A DNA stretch of 64,000 nucleotides from Heterodontus francisci (Eukaryota), in NCBI RefSeq assembly GCF_036365525.1, contig NC_090382.1:109774372-109838371 (forward strand), in the 5' to 3' direction. The notes under the pieces were generated by a model that saw only the letters and a program-made list of their open reading frames with translations, had not been told where the DNA came from and made no database searches. The position numbers were made by a program, and so were the translations under genes. The first letter of the stretch is position 1; the number at the start of each line of letters is the position of its first letter. Positions 1 through 11,145 of this stretch are shown piece by piece.

Positions 1-630
1 GCCATATAAATACCGTGGCTACAAGAGCAGGTCAGAGGCTAGGAATCCTGAGGCGAGTAACTCACCTCCTGACTCTCCAAAGCCTGTCCACCATCTACAA
101 GTCACAAGTCAGGAGTGTGATGGAATACTCTCCACTTGCCTGGATGGGTGCAGCTCCAACAACACTCAAGAAGCTCAACACCATCCAGGACAAAGCAGCC
201 CGCTTGATTGGCACACCATCTACAAACATTCACTCCCTCCACCACCGACGCACAGTAGCAGCAGTGTGTACCATCTACAAGATGCACTGCAGCAATGTAC
301 CAAGGCTCCTTAGACAGCACCTTCCAAACCCGTGACCTCTACCAACTAGAAGGACAAGGGCAGCAAATACATGGGAACATCACCACCTGCAAGTTCCCCT
401 CGAAGTCACACACTATCCTGACTTGGAACTATATCGCCGTTCCTTCACTGTTGCTGGGTCAAAATCCTGGAACTCCCTTCCTAACAGCACTGTGGGTTTA
501 CCTACCCCACATGGACTGCAGTGGCTCAAGAAGGCAGCTCACCACCACCTTCTCAAGGGCAATTAGGGATGGGCAATAAATGCTGGCCTAGCCAGTGACG
601 CCCACATCCCATGAATGAATAAATAAATAA
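1..630 (+). mobile_element. 3' end of abundant APE-RT LINE family ('family A', CR1/Jockey-group-like)
   Basis: ORF 15-335 encodes the post-RT region (RAGQRLGILRRVTHLLT...VRSVMEYSPLAW). It ends in an ATGAATGAATAAATAAATAA tail and is nearly identical to the 3' end of the long copy at 44008-47110. Confidence 0.9.
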
Positions 631-639
631 AGAATGTAG

Positions 640-3360
640 GACCAGGCCACTGAGGTTTAATAAGCCATTAGTTCGGTGATACAGAGCGAACACAGACACA
701 GGACACTAATACAATACACAAACAAACACTTAGGCACACGAGTTTTCTTTCTGACTCCTGCCTAAGTCTGTTCAGGGCAGTTCCCTAAAATGGTTAAACA
801 ACCCCAAATTATTTACTGCCGACCTTCTACGATCCGTTATCTTACCTCATGACTGCTGTGTACCACACACCCACTCTCTTGGCCTTATGTGCCTATGGCA
901 CATAGCTATAGTTCTCTTTTCTGTTTTATCCTTCATTTATTTGTTTGTTCTTTAAGTTAAATGACATTTTAGTTTCTTAAAAGTAATTTGCTAAATTACA
1001 CTGGACTTTTTGCAACTCAAAATTATCCCAAATTCAAATAACAGTGTTGCTGGACTGACAGGTTTTGTTAATGTTCCATTGAGTTCTTCCCAAAATAAAC
1101 ATTTCTCTATATTCATAGAAACCACCCAGACTGCTTGTTTTTTTTTCTAGATTTTGATTTTCCCCTTAAACTTCAAAACATCTCCATTAGGGAAGGCAGT
1201 ATTTTAGATTCAACCCCAATTGTTTCCAAACTTTTAGCATTTTGTAAGAGGTTCCTAACCCAAGGATTTTTTTTGATACAACAAAGATGATTCCAAATTC
1301 CAATTCACAGCAATAAACATTATAAAGTCAAAACTGCCAATGTTCTATAAGAGCGAGCCTTATATCTGGAATTAAATACTCCCTCATACCATGAGAACGT
1401 CTAGGTTCATTGTGGTCTCTAATGAAATTCCAGTTTCCCCAACTTGACAGGTCAGTTAACCTTAATAATTTAAATTTAATTCAAACAAATGCTTATTAAC
1501 TACACATAGAACAGAATAACACATGCTTTTTAAAAGAAAGGTAAATTACATCATTTTTCATGTTCTTTCTTCCGGCGCCTTTTCAAATGATTAAGAAACC
1601 ACAAACTAAAATAAAAGATATTTAACATTCTTACAACAAAGACTTAACAACTGCCGCTTAAACTAACTTTAAAATCTTTCCAATATCTCCTTTATTTACC
1701 CTTTAACAGTCAGTAAGATATGTCTTTAATTTAAACTGCAAAAAGCAATAGTAGATTTTAAACTTTGGCCCACTTAAAGCAAATCGTTTAAAAACTTCAA
1801 ATTGGATTTCTACCAGGCATCTTCAAGCCTTCCAGGCTGAAACTTATCTCTTACAAAACTGTGCATTGCCTTTTCGCAGTTTCAAAACGGCTTTTAAAAT
1901 ACAAATAAAACACTACACCAGCATCTTTAATTTAAAATGTAATTCAGTTTTTATATCCTATTTCTGGGTGCACAATCTTAAATTTAAATGAACACATTCA
2001 ACAATCACATTCACACTTTCTTAATTCCAAACAACTTAGAAATATTGATTCCTGTAATGGTTTATGAATTCAAAGTACCAAAAATCTGCATTAAATTCCC
2101 AGTCCCAAGCCCAAGGAACACACACATGTTAAAACTAGTTCACACCCAAAGCATAACTCAGGTTCCCACAGAAATATTCATGCGCAAGAATAGAACAAGT
2201 AACAAACTCATACTTTCAACATTAAAGCCAGACAACAAAGGGTTAACGACTGTTAGCTCTACAAGCTACACAGACAAGGACATAACGTCGTGGAAGCTTC
2301 CAACATTCATACAGGCTCAAACAAAGACACAGTAACTTGTTTTTGCTCACTTTAAATTTCACTAATGCATCTTGTTTAAATTGCCACTCTTACCTCAACC
2401 TGAAACTGCTCACTTTCCCACTCCGGCTCTCGCCCTTCTAATACTTGTAACATGTCTCTTTTCCTCAGTTAGCCTGGCTAATTCAGACTTTCCAGACTGA
2501 CACATGGTAAGATAGCACTTGCATAATATAATTATTCCCTATTGTCTGTTCTTTCCACCATTCTTAATACTTATCGGGGTCCACGAGGGATCCCAACCTT
2601 CCTGATCATTTTATCTAAAATCTTCTTGTTTTTGGTTGCCAAAAATTTGGTGAATGACCCTTTGGGTTCCCACTCTGAATCCTTATTTGCCATGGCTGAT
2701 GTTTTATAGTCTGACTATTGTTACTATTTGTGTGGGTACGGACCTCTCGTTACCCTGCGATCATTCCTACGTGAGAAACGGACCTCTCATTTCCTCTCTG
2801 ATCGTTCTTACTTTGCCTGGTCAACCCTGAGAACGATACTACCTCCTCGTTTACCCAATGAACCGCAATCCTAGCGCTGTGCCATCTTTAGTTACTCCAC
2901 CCGTGGACCCGTTCTTTGGTTCGGATCCTCAGATTGGCCCGCCAGCTTCCCATCCTGAATTTCTACCTCCCTATCTAATGGGTGGTAAAGTAAATGTACT
3001 CACCTGCTCTCTGATGCCGACTTCGACCGGGCACCAGCGACTGAGCCTTGAGGATCCTGCTGAATACGCCAAACTGTTGTGGAAAAATGTAACCACTCTT
3101 TAGTCCATGGGATTAAAGCAAATAAGGACTTTATTTTGTCACGGATATGTAAAGGAGAAGTCCTTTGGTTCACCCAAAGAGCCTGTCAGTGAAACAGAGT
3201 CTGTAGCTCACATTTATAGAATACAATAACCATTACTCATTGTTCACACTACCCCGACACATTCCAGGTCTGCAGCTTGATCAATTACCTGGATTGTTTT
3301 GCCCCACAAACATTCTCCTGCTATTTCCTCCCAAACCTTGAAGCTGCCAACTTCCATAGT
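640..3360 (-). mobile_element. Degenerate endogenous retrovirus/LTR-element 5' part (partial LTR, tRNA-Ser PBS, leader, decayed gag-like start)
   Basis: On the minus strand: TATAAA (3213-3218), AATAAA (3130-3135) and an LTR end ...CA at 3075. These are followed by TGGCGTATTCAGCAGGAT (3071-3054), close to the tRNA-Ser PBS TGGCGTAGTCGGCAGGAT, a GGTGAGTA splice donor near 3000, and a short ORF start MANKDSEWEPKG near 2693. Confidence 0.65.
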
Positions 3361-3370
3361 TTAATTTCAG

Positions 3371-3470
3371 AGAGTTCCGAAGAAGGGTCACTGACCCGAA
3401 ACGTTAACTCTGCTTCTCTTTCCACAGATGCTGCCACACCTGCTGAGTGGTTCCAGCATTTCTTGTTTTT
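3371..3470 (+). mobile_element. Penelope-like element terminal fragment with minimal hammerhead-like motif
   Basis: AGAGTT-CCGAAGA-A-GGGTC-ACT-GACCC-GAAAC-GTT-AACTCT, followed by the same tail seen at ~6780, ~20030, ~34255 and ~50986. Confidence 0.7.
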
Positions 3471-3729
3471 ATCCCATAGTTTACTGCTTCTCTCGTCTCC
3501 AGCCTCTCCCCTTATCTCTTTGATTAGTGAAGCAAGGACAGCATGTTTACACAGATGTGGAGGCAATTAAATAGAGTTGTACAGTTCCAGCATAGTGGTC
3601 AAGCAAGCATCCCATCATTCAATGGACCCCTCACAACTACAGTGATGCTTCTAAATGTATTAAAACATTCTAATACTAATTCTTTTAATGTTACCCTTCT
3701 GGTCCCTTCTTTTGGACCCCTGGTCAGGT

Positions 3730-4108
3730 GCACCACCAGCACACAGTGGCAGCAGTGTGTACCATGTACAAGATGCATTGCAGTAACTCACCAAGCCTTC
3801 TTTGATGACACCTTCCAAACCTGTGACCTCTGCCATCTAGAAGAACAAGGGCAGTAGATGCATGGGAACACCACCACCTGCAAGTTCCCTTCCAAGTCAC
3901 ACACCATGCTGACTTGAAACTATATTGCTGTTCCTGCGCAGTCACTGGGTCAAAATCCTGGAACACCCTCCCGAATAGCACGTGGGTGTACCGACACAAC
4001 ATGGAATACAGCGGTTCAGGAAGCTGGCTCCCCATCACCTTAAGGCCATTGGGAACGGGCAACAAATGCCGACCTTGCCAGTGATGCCTACGTCCCATGA
4101 ACAAAAAG
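3730..4108 (+). mobile_element. Family A LINE 3' fragment
   Basis: Diverged copy of bases 240-620. Confidence 0.85.
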
Positions 4109-4927
4109 AAAGGGAGGTTATTACTGATAGGGTTAGTGAAATAAAGTGGGAGGAAGCTCTGTGGAGAATAAACACGGCAATAGACCAGGCTTCTTTCTAT
4201 GCTGTAAATTCTATGTAATGATTCATTTATGAATCGCCTGGATGCTGTAATGGATCATCGATAGGACTGGTTCTGAAAAATTGAGATCTAATGGGATAAA
4301 GGATGTCTTGATTCAAATCTTGTGTGTTAATTTTGTAGCAGGAAATGATATTTGTGTGGGAAAGGATAGAAGAAGCATCTTCTAGGTGATGGCTCAGTAT
4401 ACAGGAACGGGGGAGGCTATTCAGTCCATCAAGTCTGTTCCACTACTCAGTGAGATCATGGTTGATCGGTATTTTAATTCTATTCATCCACCTTGTCTCC
4501 ATTTCCCATTCTCAGGTTTGATGTTATTAATTAAGCCAGCATCTACTGCTTTTCGTGTGAGAGTTTTGACAGTTTTCCACCCTTTTGTGCGAAGAACTGT
4601 GAATGTATTCACAACTCTGAACTGGAGTCATATGATTCCTGGTAATGGGGAGATGGGGGAAGCAGAAAAGGTGAAATGGCAAGGGGGCAGGTGAGGTGGG
4701 GGGGGCAGGTGAGGTGGGGGGGGAAGGTGGGGTGGCAGGGGAGGTGGTTGCAGTTGATTTTTCAACTCACTCCAGGGTGTGAAACTGGCTGTGGATCAAC
4801 CACCCATTGTAGAAACCTAAGCTTCTTCAAACAGGATTCTGGGATGAAATCTACTCTTGGGTGAACTTAGAATCCCCTGAAACTGAAGTGAACACTGCAT
4901 ACAGTAAAGACTTTAATCACACCTTCA

Positions 4928-5256
4928 GGGCAGCACAGTGGTGCAGTGGTTAGCACCGCAGCCTCACAGCTCCAGGGACCCGGGTTTGATTCTAGGTACT
5001 GCCTGTGTGGAGTTTGCAAGTTCTCCCTGTGACCATGTCGGTTTCTGCCGGGTGCTCCAGTTTCCTCCCACAGCCAAGGACTTGCAGGTCGATAGGTAAA
5101 TTGACCATTGTAAATTGCCCCTAGTGTAGGTAGGTGGTAGGAGAATGATGGGGATGTGGTAGGGAATATGGGATTAATGTAGGATTGGTATGGGTGGCTG
5201 TTGGTCGGCACAGACTCGAAGGGCCTGTTTCAGTGCTGTATCTCTCTATGACTATG
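4928..5256 (+). mobile_element. HE1-type tRNA-derived SINE
   Basis: Head GGGCAGCACAGTGGTGCAGTGGTTAGCAC with box A/B. The 3' tail GAAGGGCCTGTTTCAGTGCTGTA is shared with the CR1 (HER1-type) 3' end. Matches copies at 28296 and 36944. Confidence 0.85.
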
Positions 5257-5910
5257 CCCTTATCGCACTTCTTGGAATTACCTCAAAGTATTTTTGCATG
5301 CACCATTTGAAATGTTAGTAAATGCAGCTTACATTTTGTGCACAGTAGGATGGGACAAGTCATGATGAGTTGGCAGTAGTTAACTGAGCAGGGAAAGTTG
5401 ACCAGTTCGTCTGGAGGAAAAACTAGATCATTGTGTGTGTGATGGATTAAAGACTTCTTTAAGGGAGGTAATAAGATAGAGAACTGCAAGTCTGTCCTGT
5501 TTATCTGTAGTTTATAGTTGGTTAAGAAACTGGAGCTTAGAGTCATTTCAGTAAATGTAAAAACTATTGCAAGACCGGTTCTGAACCTTGCAACTTTTAA
5601 CTCTGTAGACGGATGCTGCTGAGGGGGAGGGAGTTTCTCCAATTTGTACCGAAGTGCTGAACCCATTTCCCAGAGTTATGGAGCTACTGTTGAATTGAAA
5701 AATGTAATGTTTAACCCCGGTCTGCTGTCAAACTTATTTAGGGGTGAACCTGTTTGAGCTAGTTATTTTGAGAGCTATGTTGGTTGCCGTGTGCTGTCGG
5801 TTTATTCAATAGCCATAAAAGGTTGGCTGTTGGTTAATTCAACAATCATAAAAGGACTTAATTCATGGTTATGGTTGACAGTAATTTTTCTGATTTTGGT
5901 TCCTTTCCAG

Positions 5911-6432
5911 GCTGTATTGAACTCTGGGGCCAAGCCATTGAAGTCGACTGGATGAAACCAGATGGAAAGCAGAAGAGTCACCAGAGACTTCTGTCTGAAG
6001 CCCAGCCCAGCCTGCCCATAGCTCCGTGGCCAGTGCTGACTCGTGGGCTCGCTTTGCCGCCGGTGAGAGGTTCGGCCAAGTGCTCTTTGCCTGAACTTGA
6101 CATCTCCTCTGACTGCAGCCAAGGCATTGTGTCTGTGAAGCAAGGTGGCCGGCTGACCCAGCACATGCGCTTGGGGGAGGGCCTAGGTCCGCTAACCGTG
6201 AGATGCGATGTTGTTCAACTCCTGAATGCATATTGTTTGAAGAAAGAGCTGGGTACTCCGATTTATAACATCCAGTCACTGAGATCCGATGAGCATTGCT
6301 TTCTGTTTAAAGTGTTCTTGCCAGGACTTGCTGCCTGTTTTAGCGGGACGGTGACCCTGACTCCAGATGACTTGGCTTCGGGGAAGGACTTCGCAAAGCA
6401 AGAAGCAGCACATCAGGTCCTGATGTACTTAG
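5911..6432 (+). CDS. dnd1: Dead end protein homolog 1, penultimate coding exon (end of RRM2, linker, C-terminal dsRBD)
   Basis: Acceptor ttcctttccag and donor G|gtgagt. The peptide CIELWGQAIEVDWMKPD (RRM2 end, cf. DND1 VAVEWLKPD) leads without an RRM3 into a dsRBD (LLNAYCLKKELGTPIY...FLFKVFLPG...FSG...AKQEAAHQVL). The gene is linked to zmat2, as DND1 is in mammals. Confidence 0.85.
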
Positions 6433-6496
6433 GTGAGTAAGCTTGTAATTTATTATTGACCTGTACAAAAGAGGTCATCTGCTTTAGACCTAAGAA

Positions 6497-6778
6497 AGCA
6501 CCTTCCAAACCCACGACCTGTACCACCTAGAAGGACAAGGCTGCAGGCGTCTGGGAACAACATTATGTTCCCCTCCAAGTCACTCTGACTTGCAACTATA
6601 TCGCCGTTCCTTCACTGTCGCTGGGTCAAAATCCTGGAACTCCCTTCCTAACAGCACTGTGGGTGTACCTACACCACATGGACTGCACCACCACCTTCTC
6701 GAGGGCAGTTGGGGATTGGCATTAGATGCCTACCTTGCGAGCAATGCCCATGTTCCCAAGCGTGAATAAAAAAAAAAA
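6497..6778 (+). mobile_element. Family A LINE 3' fragment
   Basis: Matches bases 315-630 and ends in AATAAA plus an A-run. Confidence 0.85.
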
Positions 6779-6875
6779 CTGCTGGAAATACTGCTGGCAG
6801 CATCTCTGGAAAGAGAAACAGAGTTTACGTTTCAGGTCTGTGACCTTTCATCACAGTTCTGCAGTATTTTGCTTT
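6779..6875 (-). mobile_element. Penelope-like fragment
   Basis: Minus strand reads ...TGATGAAAGGTCACAGACCTGAAACG..., the same family as 3371. Confidence 0.65.
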
Positions 6876-6889
6876 TTTTAAAAAAAGAT

Positions 6890-9420
6890 CAGTGAACATT
6901 TTTCAAGTGGTGAGAAGCTAGGATCTGTGGAGGAGCAGAGAGATTTAGGAGGGCCAAAATATAATTAAAAAGACTAATGGAATGTTGGCTTTTATCTCAA
7001 GGAGGCTGGAATATAAAGTTATGTTACAGTTATATAAAGCTCTGGTTAGACCCCATCTGGAGAAGTGTGTTCAGTTCTGGGCACCACACACCAGGAAGGA
7101 TATATTGGTCTTGGAGGGGATGCAGTACAGATTCACCAGAATGATACCGGGGCTAAAAGGGTTAAATTATGAGGATAGGTTGCATTGACTAGGCTTGTAT
7201 TCCCTCGAGTATAGAAGATGGATGCTCTAATCAAGATGTTTAAGATGATTAAAGAATTTGATCGGCTACATAAAGGGAAACTTTATGGGGGCGCAGTCCA
7301 GAACAAAGGGGCATAACTTTAAAATTAGAGCTAGGCCACATAGGAGTGACGTTAGGAAGCACTTTGTCACACAAAGAGTAGTTTTAATCTGGAACTGCCT
7401 CCCACAAAAAGCTGTTGAGGCTGGAGGTCAATTGAAAATTGAAACATATAAGATTCTGAGGGGTCTAGACAGGGTGGATGTGGAAAGGATGTTTCCCCTT
7501 GTGGGAGAATCTAGAACTAGGGGTCTGTTTAAAAATAAGGGGTCGCCCATTTAAGACAGAGATGAGGAGAAATTTTTTCTCAGAGGGTCGTGAGTCTTTG
7601 GAACTCTCTTCCTCAAAAGGCAGCGGAAGCAGAGTCTTTAAATATTTTTACGGCAGTGATGGATAGATTCTTGATAAGCAAGGGGGTGAAAGGTTATTGG
7701 GGGTAGACGGGAATATAGTGTTGAGGTTCCAATCAGATCAGCCATGATCTTATTGAATGGCGGAGCAGGCTCAGGCTGAGTGGCCTACTCCTGCTCGTGA
7801 TTCGTATATTCAAAACTGAGGTGGATAGATTTTTGTTGGGCAATGATATTAAGGAATATGGGACTAAGGCGGGAAAATTAAGTTTATATTCAGATCAACC
7901 AAGATTTAATTGAATGGCGGAACAGGCTGGAGAGGCTAAATGGCCTACTTCTGTTCCTATGTTCCTAATAGGGAAGCAAATTGAAGTAGTTTGACATGTT
8001 TGATCCCTGTTCACAGTACTGATAATAGATCTGATGCATGGGTTGCACCTTATGCAGGGTTCTTGATCTACAGAGATAGGGATTTGAATTGTACACTATT
8101 AATCTACTGAAACTTCTGTCTAGCAAAATAATATACTTACAGTCTGCAATTCCCCCCCACCTGACCTTGTTAATGACCTAGGGGAAGAAAATTGACGAGA
8201 AAATGAAGAAGCCTAAGAAACATCGAAGGGGCTTCAGTTATGTGAAGATAGTAGACAAACTGGGAGGAGAAGGTTAAGGGAGATTTAATAAAGGTGTTCA
8301 CAATTATGAAGAGTTTTGATAGAGTAAATGAGGAGAGATTGTTTCCACTGGCAGGGGGGTCAGTACTCGAGGATTCAGATTTAAGATGATGAGTATGGTT
8401 GGGCTAATAAATGAAAGTCAGTATGGATTTGTTAAAGGCAAATCGTATTTGACTAACTTGATTGAGTTCTTTGAAGTTAATGGAGAGGGTTGATAAGGTA
8501 TTGCAGTTAATGTTGTGTATATGGGTTTCCAAAAGGCATTTGACAAAATACTTAGCAAAATTGAAGGGGTGCGATTAAAGGAACAATGGCATTGTGGATG
8601 CAAAATTAGCTAAGGTGGTTGTTTTTCAGACTAGAGGGAGGAGTACAAGGAGTGTTCTGCAAGGGTCAGTATTGCTATTTTTGATACATATTAATAACCT
8701 GGGCCTACAGGCCATAATTGCAAAGGTCATAATTTCAAATACTGCAGATGGTACAAAACTCGGAAATGGAGTAAAAATGAGAAGGATGGTAACAGATTTC
8801 AAGAGAACAAAACAGTGAAATGGGTAGAGAGACGACAAATGAAATTTAATGCTGTGAAGTGATACATTTTGGTAGGAACAATGAGGAGAAGCAATACACG
8901 TAAAAGTTACCATTTTAAGGTGGGGGTGGGGCGTTTTACAGGAACAGACAACTGGAAATGTATGTACACAAATCTTTGAAGGTCGCAGGACAAGTTGAGA
9001 AGGCTGTTAAAAAAGCATATTGAATACTCTGCTTTACGAATAGAGGCATAAAAGTACAAAAGCAAGGAAGCTGTGCCATAAAAACACTGGTTAGACCATA
9101 GCTAGAGAACTGTGTTCAATTCAGGGCACCACACTTTAGGAAGAATGTCACGTCCTTGGAGAGGGTGTAGAAGAGATTTACTGGAATGGTACCAGGATGA
9201 GGGATTTCTGTTATGTGGAGAAGCTACGGTTTCTCTCCTTTGGAGCAGGAAAGGTTAAGGAGAGATTTAATAGAGGTGTTCAGCATTATGAAGGATTTTG
9301 AGTAAATAAGGAGAAAGTGTCTCTGTCAGAAGGGCTGGTAATCAGAGGCCACAGACTTGAGGTGACTGGCAAAAGAACCAGAAACAACTTTAGGAAACTT
9401 TTTTTTATGCAGTGAGTTGT
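6890..9420 (+). mobile_element. Nested degenerate CR1 3' fragments
   Basis: ORF remnants LYKALVRPHLEKCVQFWAP, SVLQGSVL and ADGTKL; CCTATGTTCCT-type tails. Confidence 0.8.
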
Positions 9421-9443
9421 GATTGAAATACACTGCCTGAAAG

Positions 9444-10580
9444 ACAGAGCTAAGCGATCCCATAACCAACGGATCAGATCTAAGCTCTGCTGTCCTGCCA
9501 CATCCAGTTGTGAATGGTGGTGGGCAATTAAACAACTAACTGGAGGAGTTGGCTCCACAAATATCAATGATGGGGGAGCCCAGCACATCAGTGCAAAAGA
9601 TAAGGTTGAAGCATTTGCAACAATCTTCAGCCAGAAGTGCCGAATTGATGATCCATCTCGGCCTCCTCCTGAAGACCCTGGCATCAGAGATGCCAGTCCT
9701 CAGCCAGTTTGATTCACTCTGCGTGATATCAAGAAACAACTGAAGGCACTGGATACTGCAAAGACTATGGGCCCTGACAACATTACAGAAATAGTACTGA
9801 AGGCCTGTGCTCCAGAACTTGCCACACCCCTAGCCATGCTGTTCCAGTACAGCTACAACACTGACATCTACCTGGCAGTGTGAAAAATTGCCCAGGTATG
9901 TCCTGTACACAAAAAGCAGGACAAGTCCAACCTGGCCAATTACCGCCCCATCAGTCTACTCTCAATCATCAGTAAAGTGATGGAAGGTGTTGTCGACAGT
10001 GCCATCAAGCGGCACGTGCTTAGCAATAACCTGTTCACAGATGCTTAGTTTGGGTTCCACCAGGGCCACTCAGCTCCAGACCTCATTATAGCCTTGGTTC
10101 AAACATGGACAAAAGAGCTGAACTCAAGAGGTGAGGTGAGAGTGACTGCCCTTGACATCAAGACATCCCATCTACAAACATTCACTCCCTCCACCACTGA
10201 TGCACAGTGACAGAAATGTGTGTACCATCTACAAGATGCACTGCAGCAAAGCACAAGGCTCCTTTGACAGCACCTTCCAAACCCGCAACTTCTACCACCT
10301 AGAAGGACAAGGATAGCAGATGCATGGGAACACTGCCACCTGCAGGTTCCCCTCTAAGTCACACACCATCCTGATTTGGAACTATATCGCCGTTCCTTCA
10401 CTGCCGTTGGGTCAAAATCTTGGAACTCCCTTCCTAACAGCAGTGTGGATGTCCCTACCCCACATGGACTGCAGCGGTTCAAGAAGACAGATCACTACCA
10501 CCTTCTCAAGGGCAATTAGGGCTGGACAATAAATGCCGACCTAGCCAGCGACGTCCACATCCCAGGAACGAATTTTTAAA
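9444..10580 (+). mobile_element. Family A LINE fragment with internal deletion, inserted into a CR1
   Basis: RAKRSHNQRIRSKLC...GPDNI...VTALDIK is joined at ~10162 directly to the 3' end; the CR1 sequence resumes at ~10585. Confidence 0.8.
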
Positions 10581-11145
10581 AAAGAGTGGTGGAAGAAGAT
10601 TTAATAGTAAATTTCAAAGGGATTTGGATAAATATTTGAAGGGCCAAAAACTGCATGACAATGGGGTAAGAGTGGGAGGAGTGGTGCGACTAATTGAATA
10701 GCTCTATCAAAAGGCCGGTCCAGACATGATGGGCCAAATGGCCTCCTTTAGTGCTATATCACTGTGATTCAAAGATTACTGAATAACCTCAGTTACCTTC
10801 TGGGATGGTGTACAGTGTATAGAAACTTGAGAACAGGAGACCTTTCAGCCTTTTAAGCCCATTCTGCCGTTCAGTTAGATCACGGGTGATCTGTACCATA
10901 ACACCATTTATCTGCCTTTGATCCATAACCCATGATATCCTTACTTAATATAATCGCAGTCTAGAAAATTTCATTTGACCCAGTATCCACAGCCTTTTGG
11001 GGGAGAGAATTCCAGAATTCCGCTACTGTTTGTGGGAAAAAATGCTTCCTGATTTAATTCCTGAATGGTCTAGCTCCAATTTTAGAATTGTGCCCCGTTG
11101 TTCTGAATTTCCGCACCAGAGGAAATCGATTCTTTGTATATACTC

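Noticed and set aside
4670-4748. Short G-rich repeat (GGGGCAGGTGAGGTGG)
   Set aside because: A low-complexity tract of two to three units with nothing further to support a function.
5865-5910. ATG start of the 191-aa ORF
   Set aside because: It lies in intron sequence upstream of a strong splice acceptor; the earlier dnd1 exons are outside the window or were not found.
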